Assembly: GCA_965248445.1 (NCBI GenBank)
Contig: CBDFJG010000003.1
Span: 1,184,001-1,248,000, forward strand
Direction of reading: 5' to 3'
Length of the DNA stretch: 64,000 nucleotides
Source of the DNA: Planctomycetota bacterium
GTDB lineage: Bacteria > Planctomycetota > JAJSAM01 > JAJVHW01
Position 1 is the first letter of the stretch. Each line of letters begins with the position of its first letter. Below are positions 47,086 through 55,264 of the stretch, in pieces. A model generated the notes under the pieces. It did not search any database. It was not told where the DNA came from and saw only the letters and a program-made list of their open reading frames with translations. A program made the translations under genes and the position numbers.

Positions 47086-48006
47086 CTAACCACCTGGCCG
47101 GTGGCGGGTCGCGGCCTCGTGGAGCGCAGCCGCGGCCGCGGCGAGGCCGGAGCGGCCGTAAGTGCGGGCCAGATTCGGCAGATACGCCCGCTCGACGTCG
47201 TCGGCGAAGCCCGCAGCGGACTGGACGTGGAAGGCCTCGACGAACCGCTCCCCGGTCTCGCCCCCGCCGTAGGGCAGCAGCCGGGAGTTCCAGGCCGCCA
47301 GCCCCATCGCGACATGGTCATAGCGGCGGTAGCGGTCGTTCTGGGACGCGAACAGGCCGAGCAGCCGCCGCTTCTCCGGCGCGACGTCCGTGATGTCCAC
47401 CAGGCCGTTGGCCGGCAGCGCGTTGTGGACCTGGTAGGCCCAGACCGCCGCGTCCGTCGGCTGCCTCAGGAGCGCGAGCGCCAGCAGGTGGACCACGAGC
47501 CGGTGCTTGGGCGGGCGGTCCAGGACCCAGGGCGCGAGGATCACGTCCGGGGCGGAGTCACCGATCGCGGCGGCGAGACGCTCGACGTGCTCGAGGCCGG
47601 GGTGTGGTTCGACGTTCGAGATGCCTAGCTCGACGACCGAGGCGCCGATCGCGGCGGCTACCTCCCGCAGTTCCCCCATGCGGCGCTGCGCGGACTCCTC
47701 CACAGTCATGTCGTCCCGCTGCTGAGCACCGTCGGTAGCCGCGACGATCGTGATGCGTGCGCCTTCTTGAGCCAAACGCAGCATCGTGCCACCGGCGCCG
47801 ATGGTCTCGTCGTCAGGGTGCGGCGCAATGACGAGAGCGCTCCGTACGCTCGTGAGCGCGAGCAGCCCCGGCTTCTCGAAGCGCAGGTAGTTGTCGGTCG
47901 CGAGCAACTGCGCGGAGAGGTCGATGTCGTCCAGGCGGCGCCACGACGGCGGCGTGCCGCCAAGGGCGCGAACGATGCGAGCGCGCAGCCGGTCGAGAAG
48001 ACTCAC
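47086..48006 (-). CDS. PIG-L/LmbE family deacetylase
   Basis: IAPHPDDETIGAGG, TDG and R..E motifs; start GTG 48006. Confidence 0.85.
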   Translation of the reverse strand: MSLLDRLRARIVRALGGTPPSWRRLDDIDLSAQLLATDNYLRFEKPGLLALTSVRSALVIAPHPDDETIGAGGTMLRLAQEGARITIVAATDGAQQRDDMTVEESAQRRMGELREVAAAIGASVVELGISNVEPHPGLEHVERLAAAIGDSAPDVILAPWVLDRPPKHRLVVHLLALALLRQPTDAAVWAYQVHNALPANGLVDITDVAPEKRRLLGLFASQNDRYRRYDHVAMGLAAWNSRLLPYGGGETGERFVEAFHVQSAAGFADDVERAYLPNLARTYGRSGLAAAAAALHEAATRHRPGG

Positions 48007-48953
48007 GCGCGCCACTCGGGCAGATCGTCGCCCAGCAACGCCGCGAGCCGTGCGACAGATGGCGCGAATTGCTCGCGGAGGCGCGCGCGGAGGCCTGCGT
48101 CCATGGTCATCGCCGCAGCGGGACGGCGGAACGGCGCACACAGCGTGTTCGTGAGACGCCGTTCGCGTGTTGCACGATCTGCGCGCCCGCGTGACATGCG
48201 CGAGGCCAGTCTCCGGGCCCCCCGTCCGTACGCAGCTTCGAGACCGCCGAGTCCGAGCGCGCCGACCCACGGCCGCCGCACCGTCGTCCAGTTCTGGTTG
48301 TGTCGCGATCCCCCGGCGGTGTGACCGCGTTCGGGATCCACGCCGAGAAACGTGTACACGCGGCGCAGTGCGGCTGCCGGATCTGCGAGTGTGCGTTCCA
48401 TGACGAGAGTCAGCACCTGATCGCGCGGGAACAGCGCGAGGATCCTCCCGACAGATTCGTCGTATCGCCCGCGCGCGGCGTAGGAGAGATGGAAGCGCGC
48501 CCAGTCGCTCTCGTTCGCACGCTGCTCCTCGGCCGCGAGCGCGTCGTCGAACGGCAGCGTCTCACGACCCTTGCCCACCTCGTTCCAATACTGCGACCAC
48601 GCGCGGGTCACCGGGTCGCGCAATGTGATCACGAGGCGGACCTGTGGCACGAGAGTCGCGAGCCGGCGCGTCGCCGGTTCCCAGAAGAGGATGTCCGCGC
48701 ACTTCTCACCGATCGCTGTGTACTGCGTCGCGGACTCGAAGCGCCGCGCGTAGTCCTCGACGTCGTGGTCCGTGTCCCAGCCTTCGAGATCGATGCGCGG
48801 CACGTCGCTGCGACTGCGCAGCGGACCGTCGACGAAGTACATCGTGTCCTGCTGATCCGGGAGACGCACGTCGGGGTGGCCGCGCATCCAGTGATAGAGG
48901 GATGAGGTGCCACAGCGCCGCCCGCCTGCAATGAGGAACGTCGGAAGCGTCAA
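48003..48953 (-). CDS. Sulfotransferase domain protein
   Basis: PTFLIAGGRRCGTSSL (PAPS 5' motif) and LRDPVTRAWSQY; start TTG 48953. Confidence 0.88.
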   Translation of the reverse strand: MTLPTFLIAGGRRCGTSSLYHWMRGHPDVRLPDQQDTMYFVDGPLRSRSDVPRIDLEGWDTDHDVEDYARRFESATQYTAIGEKCADILFWEPATRRLATLVPQVRLVITLRDPVTRAWSQYWNEVGKGRETLPFDDALAAEEQRANESDWARFHLSYAARGRYDESVGRILALFPRDQVLTLVMERTLADPAAALRRVYTFLGVDPERGHTAGGSRHNQNWTTVRRPWVGALGLGGLEAAYGRGARRLASRMSRGRADRATRERRLTNTLCAPFRRPAAAMTMDAGLRARLREQFAPSVARLAALLGDDLPEWRA

Positions 48954-49939
48954 CGACCGTCCTTCCGACGGCCGCTGGTCAGATGGCGCATGCGGCGCGC
49001 CACACGCCGCGGGAGCGACGGCACGGACGACGACGAGCGCGGCCGGGACTGCACGTCGCGCGCGAACGCGAGGAGCTCCCGTGCCGCCGCTGCGCTGTCC
49101 GGCGAGAGGTCCCGGGCCGGCTCCACGGGGCGGCAGAGGAAGCCCAGGTGGTACGACGCGCTCCAGAGCGACACGGGCTCGAACCCGGACAGGCGCAGCA
49201 GCGCTTCGGTCGACTCGTGGGTCCAGGCGAACGGGTGGTCGATCTTGAGGGCCGCCGCCGCGGACCCGCGGCGATGCAGCTCGTAGCGGAAGTCGACGAT
49301 GTCGGTGAAGAACAGCCCGTCGTCCTTCACGAGCGAGCGGACGCGGCGGAACACGGTGAGCGGATCGAGCAAGTGGTCGATCGTCTTGCAGATGAGCACC
49401 ATCTCGTAGGGCTCGTCGCCGACGTCCGCGCTCTCGGCCAGCCCCACCACCGTGTCGAGGCCCTTCGCGCGGGCCTCCGCCAGTTCGGCATCGCTCGGAT
49501 CGACGACGGTCGGCGTCAGTCCGAGCACGTCGCGCACGCGCGCCGCAACCGTTCCCGTCGATCCGCCGATGTCGAGTGCGCGGCCGGACTGCCGCACGTG
49601 CGGCGCGAGGAACCCGTCGACGAGCCGCTTCGCGTACTTGCCCTGGTTCGCCTGGATCGACTTCTCGTCGACGGGCCGGCCGTAGCGCAGCGCGAGAATC
49701 TTGCGGTACGTCCCGGCGTAGAAAGCGGCCGCACTGTCGGCGGTCATCCGCGGATCGGCGTAGACCGTGCTGCACGTCATGCAGAGCTGGTACGGGACGG
49801 AGAAGCCGTAGCGCTCCTCCTCGGCCAGCAGTGTGCGGTACGTGGCGGCGCAGACCGGGCACGCACCCAGCGCGGTCGTCTCGACCTCGCCGTAGTCGAA
49901 CCCCGTCTCCTCGCGCAGTCTCTGCGCCACCGTCGCCAT
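48950..49939 (-). CDS. Class I SAM methyltransferase with N-terminal Zn ribbon
   Basis: CPVC...C.TC, LDIGGSTG and IDHLLDP. Confidence 0.85.
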   Translation of the reverse strand: MATVAQRLREETGFDYGEVETTALGACPVCAATYRTLLAEEERYGFSVPYQLCMTCSTVYADPRMTADSAAAFYAGTYRKILALRYGRPVDEKSIQANQGKYAKRLVDGFLAPHVRQSGRALDIGGSTGTVAARVRDVLGLTPTVVDPSDAELAEARAKGLDTVVGLAESADVGDEPYEMVLICKTIDHLLDPLTVFRRVRSLVKDDGLFFTDIVDFRYELHRRGSAAAALKIDHPFAWTHESTEALLRLSGFEPVSLWSASYHLGFLCRPVEPARDLSPDSAAAARELLAFARDVQSRPRSSSSVPSLPRRVARRMRHLTSGRRKDGR

Positions 49940-49983
49940 GGCGGGCCAGTCTGCCGCTCCGGCGGCAGCGCGGGAAGGAGCGT

Positions 49984-50472
49984 TCAGCGCGAGGCCCGCA
50001 CCGCCGCCTCGAACGCCAGGATCGCCCGCTCTACGGGAGGCGCAGGCTCGCTCTGGAACTCGTGGTGCCAGACGTGCCGTTCGTCGTCGGTCGCGAAGAC
50101 CAGAGTCGTGGTCATGTTCGCCGGCGAGCCGCGGTCGGTCGCGTGGAGGTCGCCTGCGAGCAGCGCCGTGAGCAGCGCGCTCAGTTCGTCCGGCGGCACG
50201 GTCCCGAGCGGAGTCTCGACCACCGGAGTGCCCGCGACCGGCCAGCGCCCGCTGAACGCGAAGCCATCGGACAGAACGGTGTTCGATCCTCCGCCACCGC
50301 TGAAACCGCCCGATGTCGAGAGCGTGGCGGACCACGGGCCGACCGGGGGTGACACGTCAGGTGACCCGCATCCGACGCCCATGCCAAACCCAAAGAACAG
50401 TAAGAACAGCGCCGCCGCGAGCGCGAGGCCCGCGGCGGCGCGGAGGATCGTCCGTGTGAGACTGCGGAACAT
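49984..50472 (-). CDS. Hypothetical exported protein or lipoprotein
   Basis: Hydrophobic N-terminus ending GVGC; SGGFSG motif. Confidence 0.55.
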   Translation of the reverse strand: MFRSLTRTILRAAAGLALAAALFLLFFGFGMGVGCGSPDVSPPVGPWSATLSTSGGFSGGGGSNTVLSDGFAFSGRWPVAGTPVVETPLGTVPPDELSALLTALLAGDLHATDRGSPANMTTTLVFATDDERHVWHHEFQSEPAPPVERAILAFEAAVRASR

Positions 50473-50504
50473 GTCGCTCGTAGACGCTGGTTGCGGACCG
50501 GTGA

Positions 50505-51149
50505 CTAGAAGATCTTCTTCGCGATGCCGAGGACGTCGTCGAGACCGAAGCCGTCGTCGTCGTCGTCATCGCCGCCACCGAGGAAGCCGCCGAGCAGACC
50601 GGCGAGGCCGCCGCTGCTCTTCTTCTCTTCCTTCTGACCGCCGCCGAGGAGGCCCGCTGCGGCTCCGAGGAGGCCGCTGCTCTCCTGCTTCTGGCCGCCG
50701 AGCATTCCGGCTGCTGCGCCGAGCAGTCCGCCCGAGTCGGCCTTCTTGCCCATACCGCCCATGAACATGGTCGCGACGAGGGGGAGCATCTTCTTGAGGA
50801 TGCCCGTGTCGACGCCGCTCTTCTCGGACGCGCGCGCCGCGACGGCGCGGGAGACGTCCTTGCTGCCGAGGATGTGACCGAGGATGCCGTTGCCCTCTTG
50901 GGTCGTGGCAGCCTGGCTGAGCAGGTTGGGCTGCTCGAGGAACCGGGAGTGCTTCCCGCCCTGGAGCGCGCCGAGCAGGCCGCTCTCGCCGCCGCCCTGC
51001 ATGTTGCGCTGTACGCCGCGCGACAGCGCGGGCAGCAGGCTCTTGATGGCCGAGGTGGTCTGGTTGCCACTGAGACCGAACTGGGTCGAGAGCTGCTCGA
51101 CGGCGCCCCCGTTGCTTGCGCCAAGGATGGCTTCGAGAATTCCGGACAT
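50505..51149 (-). CDS. DUF937-family protein
   Basis: LLPAL, GNGILGHILG and LKKMLPLVATM; Gly/Leu-rich tail. Confidence 0.85.
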   Translation of the reverse strand: MSGILEAILGASNGGAVEQLSTQFGLSGNQTTSAIKSLLPALSRGVQRNMQGGGESGLLGALQGGKHSRFLEQPNLLSQAATTQEGNGILGHILGSKDVSRAVAARASEKSGVDTGILKKMLPLVATMFMGGMGKKADSGGLLGAAAGMLGGQKQESSGLLGAAAGLLGGGQKEEKKSSGGLAGLLGGFLGGGDDDDDDGFGLDDVLGIAKKIF

Positions 51150-51382
51150 GGACTGTCTCCTACGCGGGTCGCTCGACCTCGCTCTCGTTGTCCCCGTGGC
51201 GCCGGATCCGCGACGCGACATCCACATGTTCGCGTCGAACTCTGCCCGGTGCTCGAGGAGCAACCCCACACTCCCGCGCCTCTGACCCCCGCGGGAAGAG
51301 CCCGACAGATTACCGGGCGGCCTCACCTGCGCACGCATCGTGCCGGAACCGGGGGCGCGGCCGTTTGGCTACAGAGGTCGGG

Positions 51383-52387
51383 CTAGGCGGGCCCGCGACG
51401 GATGGCGGCGACGATGTCAAGGCTCAGCGAGACCGCAGCGAGCCCGGCCCGGCCGGAGACCTCGGGTTCGGTGCCGTCCCGGACGCAACACAGGAACGAC
51501 CGGATCTCGTCGGTGAGCGCGTCCGCCGGGGCCACGTCGAGCTCCTGGACGGTCAGCAGATCGCTGAACACCGCCCCCTTCAGGTCGGCCAGTGAACTGG
51601 CGCCGCTGCGCAGCTCCATCACCTTCTCGACCGTGAGCTCTGGCGACTTCTCGTAGAGGTGGCCCTTGCGCTCGCCGAAGTCGACGACCAGGTAGCTCGA
51701 TGGGCTGAATACGCGCAGGCGCCGGTCGGTCTTCATCGCCACGCGGCTCGCGGTCAGGTTGGCGACGCAACCGTTCTCGAAGACGACGCGGGCGTTCGCG
51801 ATGTCCTCGTGCCGCGTGAGCACCGGCACTCCGACGGCGTCAACCCGCTTGGGCGGAGACCCGGCCAGGTCAAGGACGAGATCGATGTCGTGGATCATCA
51901 GGTCCATCACGACGCCGACGTCAGCCGAGCGGAAGGAGAACGGCGCCACGCGGGTCGCCTCGATGAACCGGGGTTCGATGCGGTGCTCGCGCAGCGCGCG
52001 GGTCGCGGGATTGAACCGCTCGACGTGGCCCACCTGCAGGACGGCGCCAGATCGGTCTGCAGCGGCGATCAGATCACGTCCCTCGGCGACGGTCTGCACC
52101 ATCGGCTTCTCGACCAGCGCCGAGACACCGCGCTCGAGCAGCGGGAGCGCCACGGCGTGATGATGTTCCGTGGGCACGGCGACCGCGACCGCTTCGACAT
52201 CGTCCGGTAGCGCGGAGGCGTCGGCCACGACCGGCACTCCGTACTGCTCGTGCACTTTCTCGCGAACAGCCGGATCGCGGTCCACGACCGCGACGAGTTC
52301 CGCCTCCTCCATGCCGTGGAGGATGCGTACGTGGTGGCGCCCGAAGCCGCCGGCGCCGATGACCGCCGTGCGCACGGGTCGGCTCAC
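51383..52387 (-). CDS. Gfo/Idh/MocA oxidoreductase, GnnA-like
   Basis: VIGAGGFG.HH, VEKP, QVGHVERFNP and DLMIHDID; coupled to lpxA. Confidence 0.85.
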   Translation of the reverse strand: MSRPVRTAVIGAGGFGRHHVRILHGMEEAELVAVVDRDPAVREKVHEQYGVPVVADASALPDDVEAVAVAVPTEHHHAVALPLLERGVSALVEKPMVQTVAEGRDLIAAADRSGAVLQVGHVERFNPATRALREHRIEPRFIEATRVAPFSFRSADVGVVMDLMIHDIDLVLDLAGSPPKRVDAVGVPVLTRHEDIANARVVFENGCVANLTASRVAMKTDRRLRVFSPSSYLVVDFGERKGHLYEKSPELTVEKVMELRSGASSLADLKGAVFSDLLTVQELDVAPADALTDEIRSFLCCVRDGTEPEVSGRAGLAAVSLSLDIVAAIRRGPA

Positions 52388-53190
52388 GCGCGCGTCCCCT
52401 CGAGCGCCCGCCCTTGCTTTCCGTGCGACATGGCTTCGAAGAACTGCCGCAGGCGCTCCACGTCATCGGACCAGACGCCGTCCGTGCGGAGCGCTTCGAA
52501 CGACTCGACCCACGTCGAGTGACGGCGCCGGAACACGTAGCGGAACGCCGTCCGCATCGTGTCGATGCGGTCCTCCGAGAATCCGCAGCGGCGCAGCCCC
52601 ACGACGTTCACCTTGGCCGTTCGCGCCGGGTTGCCCTCGGTGACCATGAACGGCGGCGCGTCGCGCACGAGTCGGGAGTACCCGCCAATGTAAGAGAGCG
52701 TGCGGACCGTCCCGAACTGGTGCATCCCCGAACTGCCGTTCATGATCGCGCGGTCCTCGACCCGCACGTGACCGGCGAGGAGCACCTGGTTCGCCAGCAC
52801 GACATCGCTGCGGACTTCGCAATCGTGTGCCACGTGGGCGCCGGCGAACAGCAGGTTGCGGTCGCCGATCCGCGTCACGCCGCCACCCTCGCCCGTGCCG
52901 CGGTGCACCGTCACGTGCTCGCGGAACAGATTGTCGTCGCCGATGACGGCGCGCGTGGGCTCGCCCCTGTACTTCTTGTCCTGAGGCGCTCCGCCGACGA
53001 CGGCGCCTCCCCAGACCACGTTCCGGTCGCCCACCTCGGTACCGGGACCCTCGATGATCGCGTGCGCACGGATCTCGTTGTCGCTGCCGATCTTGGTGCC
53101 CGGCGCGACGTACGCGAACGGCCCGATCGTCGTGCCCTCGCCGATTTCGGCGGTCGGATCGACGTGGGCGAGCGGATGGATGCCGGTCAC
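52384..53190 (-). CDS. lpxA: Acyl-ACP--UDP-N-acetylglucosamine acyltransferase
   Basis: Hexapeptide repeats, PQDKKY, HRGT, HVAHDC and VNVVGLRR. Confidence 0.95.
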   Translation of the reverse strand: MTGIHPLAHVDPTAEIGEGTTIGPFAYVAPGTKIGSDNEIRAHAIIEGPGTEVGDRNVVWGGAVVGGAPQDKKYRGEPTRAVIGDDNLFREHVTVHRGTGEGGGVTRIGDRNLLFAGAHVAHDCEVRSDVVLANQVLLAGHVRVEDRAIMNGSSGMHQFGTVRTLSYIGGYSRLVRDAPPFMVTEGNPARTAKVNVVGLRRCGFSEDRIDTMRTAFRYVFRRRHSTWVESFEALRTDGVWSDDVERLRQFFEAMSHGKQGRALEGTRA

Positions 53191-53200
53191 GCGGCGGTCC

Positions 53201-54508
53201 TCAGGCGTCCGTCAGCATGAAGTTGATCTGTGCCTCGCAGGCGAGTTTGCCCTCGACGGTGGCGCGGCAGTGAACCCGCGCCGACCGCGACCGGACCTTG
53301 AGCGCCTCGGCCTCGATCCGCAGCTGATCGCCCGGCACCACGGAGCGACGCAACTTCACCTTGTCGATCGAGAGGAGCACCGCGAGCTTGTTCGTGTTGT
53401 CGAGCTTGCGGAACAGCAGCACGCCGGCCAACTGCGCCATCGCCTCGACGATCAGGACACCGGGCATGATCGGCGCCTGCGGCCAGTGGCCCTGGAAGAA
53501 CGGCTCGTTGATCGTGACGTTCTTGATGCCGACGGCACGCTTCAGCCCCTCGACCTCGATCACACGATCGATGAGCAGGAACGGATACCGGTGCGGCAGG
53601 ATGCGCAGGATCTCGCGAATGTCGATCGTCGAGTCCCGGCGCAGGCCCTCGGCGATCTCCGCGTCGCGCACGTGCTTCTGCAGCTCGCGCACCATCGTCG
53701 AGTTGAGTTCGTGTCCCGACTTGGTCGCAACGATGCGCGCGTGCAGGTCGAGGTTCATCAGGAAGAAGTCGCCGATCAGGTCGAGCAGTTTGTGGCGCAC
53801 GGGCTCATCGGGGAAGCGCAGCCGGTTGTCGATCACGCCCTTCTCGCCGAACACGAGTGTGTTCTCGTACGTCGCGCCCTGCCCGAGTCCGGACGTCTTG
53901 AGCTGAACCGCTTCTTCCTCGAGGCAGAACGTCCGCGCGGGAGCGATCTCGTTGACGTACGACGTCTCTGCGAGTCGCACCCAGTGGTACTGGCTGCCCA
54001 CGAACGGCGAGCCCGCGTAGTCGAGCGTGTAGCTGAACGAGAGTCCCCGCTCCGCGGGAAGCGCGACGATCGACGCGTCGCCGCCGCCGCTGCTCACCGC
54101 CAGCGGGGTGAGGAGCTGGAACTCCTTGCGCGGCGTGCCCTGCTCCACGGGCTTGGCGGCCTTGAGCGCCTCGACGAACGGCAGTGCGCTCCCGTCGAGA
54201 CCCGGCAGCTCCGGTCCGTCGAGCTCTACAACGAGATTGTCGATCCGGAGCGCGTGGCACGCCGAGAGCAGGTGCTCGACCGTGTGGACCTCCGCACCCT
54301 CGAAGCGGATCGAGGTGCGGCGCCCGGTCGTGTCGACGTAGTCCACGTCGGCAGGGATGCGCGGCTGGTCGGGCAGATCGGTGCGGACGAAGGCCACGCC
54401 GTGGTCCGCCGGAGCCGGGAGGATGCGGAGGTTGACGGCCTTGCCGGTGTGGAGCCCCACCCCGGCCAGGTCGTACGAGCCCTCGATGGATCTCTGGTTC
54501 CTGCCCAC
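53201..54508 (-). CDS. lpxC: Bifunctional LpxC/FabZ fusion
   Basis: GVGLHTG, TVEHLLS, ARTF and RHKLLDLIGD (LpxC), then LPHRYPFLLID and FFQGHWP..PIMPGVLIVEAMAQ (FabZ). Confidence 0.95.
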   Translation of the reverse strand: MGRNQRSIEGSYDLAGVGLHTGKAVNLRILPAPADHGVAFVRTDLPDQPRIPADVDYVDTTGRRTSIRFEGAEVHTVEHLLSACHALRIDNLVVELDGPELPGLDGSALPFVEALKAAKPVEQGTPRKEFQLLTPLAVSSGGGDASIVALPAERGLSFSYTLDYAGSPFVGSQYHWVRLAETSYVNEIAPARTFCLEEEAVQLKTSGLGQGATYENTLVFGEKGVIDNRLRFPDEPVRHKLLDLIGDFFLMNLDLHARIVATKSGHELNSTMVRELQKHVRDAEIAEGLRRDSTIDIREILRILPHRYPFLLIDRVIEVEGLKRAVGIKNVTINEPFFQGHWPQAPIMPGVLIVEAMAQLAGVLLFRKLDNTNKLAVLLSIDKVKLRRSVVPGDQLRIEAEALKVRSRSARVHCRATVEGKLACEAQINFMLTDA

Positions 54509-54585
54509 GATGTTGATTCTCCCCGCGCGGCAGACAGCGGCAAAGGGGGACTTGCGGGTGGAGCCGGCTTTCGAGCCTGGGAGGC

Positions 54586-55155
54586 TCAGCGCCCGTTGAG
54601 CTGATTGATCAGGTCACGGGTCAGGTCGTTGCGAGGATCGCTCCAGACGACCGTCCGGGTGGCGGTCACCAGCTCGATGTCGGCGGTCTTCGCGAAGTCC
54701 TGGGGGAGCGGCGCAGACTGCAACACGGCACCATACCCGCGGTTGCGGCCGAGCACCTCCACGGCGGCCACGATCTCCTTGTACATGAGCCCTTCCTGGT
54801 AGGTCGCGTCCCGCTGGATCGAGCGCAGCCCTTCCTCCTCGTCGAACTGGATCTGCGCCTGCAGCAGAGCGAGTTCACGCATCTTCGCGCTGTACTCGGG
54901 CGCCTCCTTGTTCAGCGTCTTGAGCGTCTGGGAGAGTGCCTCTGCACGGTCCACGTCGGCCTGGATGCGTGACTTCAGCGCGCCCTGTCGGGACTGCAGG
55001 CTGTTGAGAACGGTCTGACGCTTCGTGTACTCGCGGAACGCCTGTCGCACGTCCACGAACGCGATGCGATCCGGCGCCTGCTGCGAGGACGCCTCGCGGG
55101 CGACAACCGCCAGGCCGAGCGTGACGATGAGGACGAGGGAGATGAGTCGCTGCAT
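54586..55155 (-). CDS. skp: OmpH/Skp periplasmic chaperone
   Basis: Signal peptide, IAFVDV, long coiled coil, DLTRDLINQLN; directly downstream of bamA. Confidence 0.8.
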   Translation of the reverse strand: MQRLISLVLIVTLGLAVVAREASSQQAPDRIAFVDVRQAFREYTKRQTVLNSLQSRQGALKSRIQADVDRAEALSQTLKTLNKEAPEYSAKMRELALLQAQIQFDEEEGLRSIQRDATYQEGLMYKEIVAAVEVLGRNRGYGAVLQSAPLPQDFAKTADIELVTATRTVVWSDPRNDLTRDLINQLNGR

Positions 55156-55264
55156 GGGGGCCTCCACCTGAGTGCGCACCGGGCTTCGCTTGTTCATCCG
55201 AATTCGGCCGTCCAAGGCCCGGTCCGGAAACGCGTGAGAGTACGGGATCGCGATCGACGGACGG

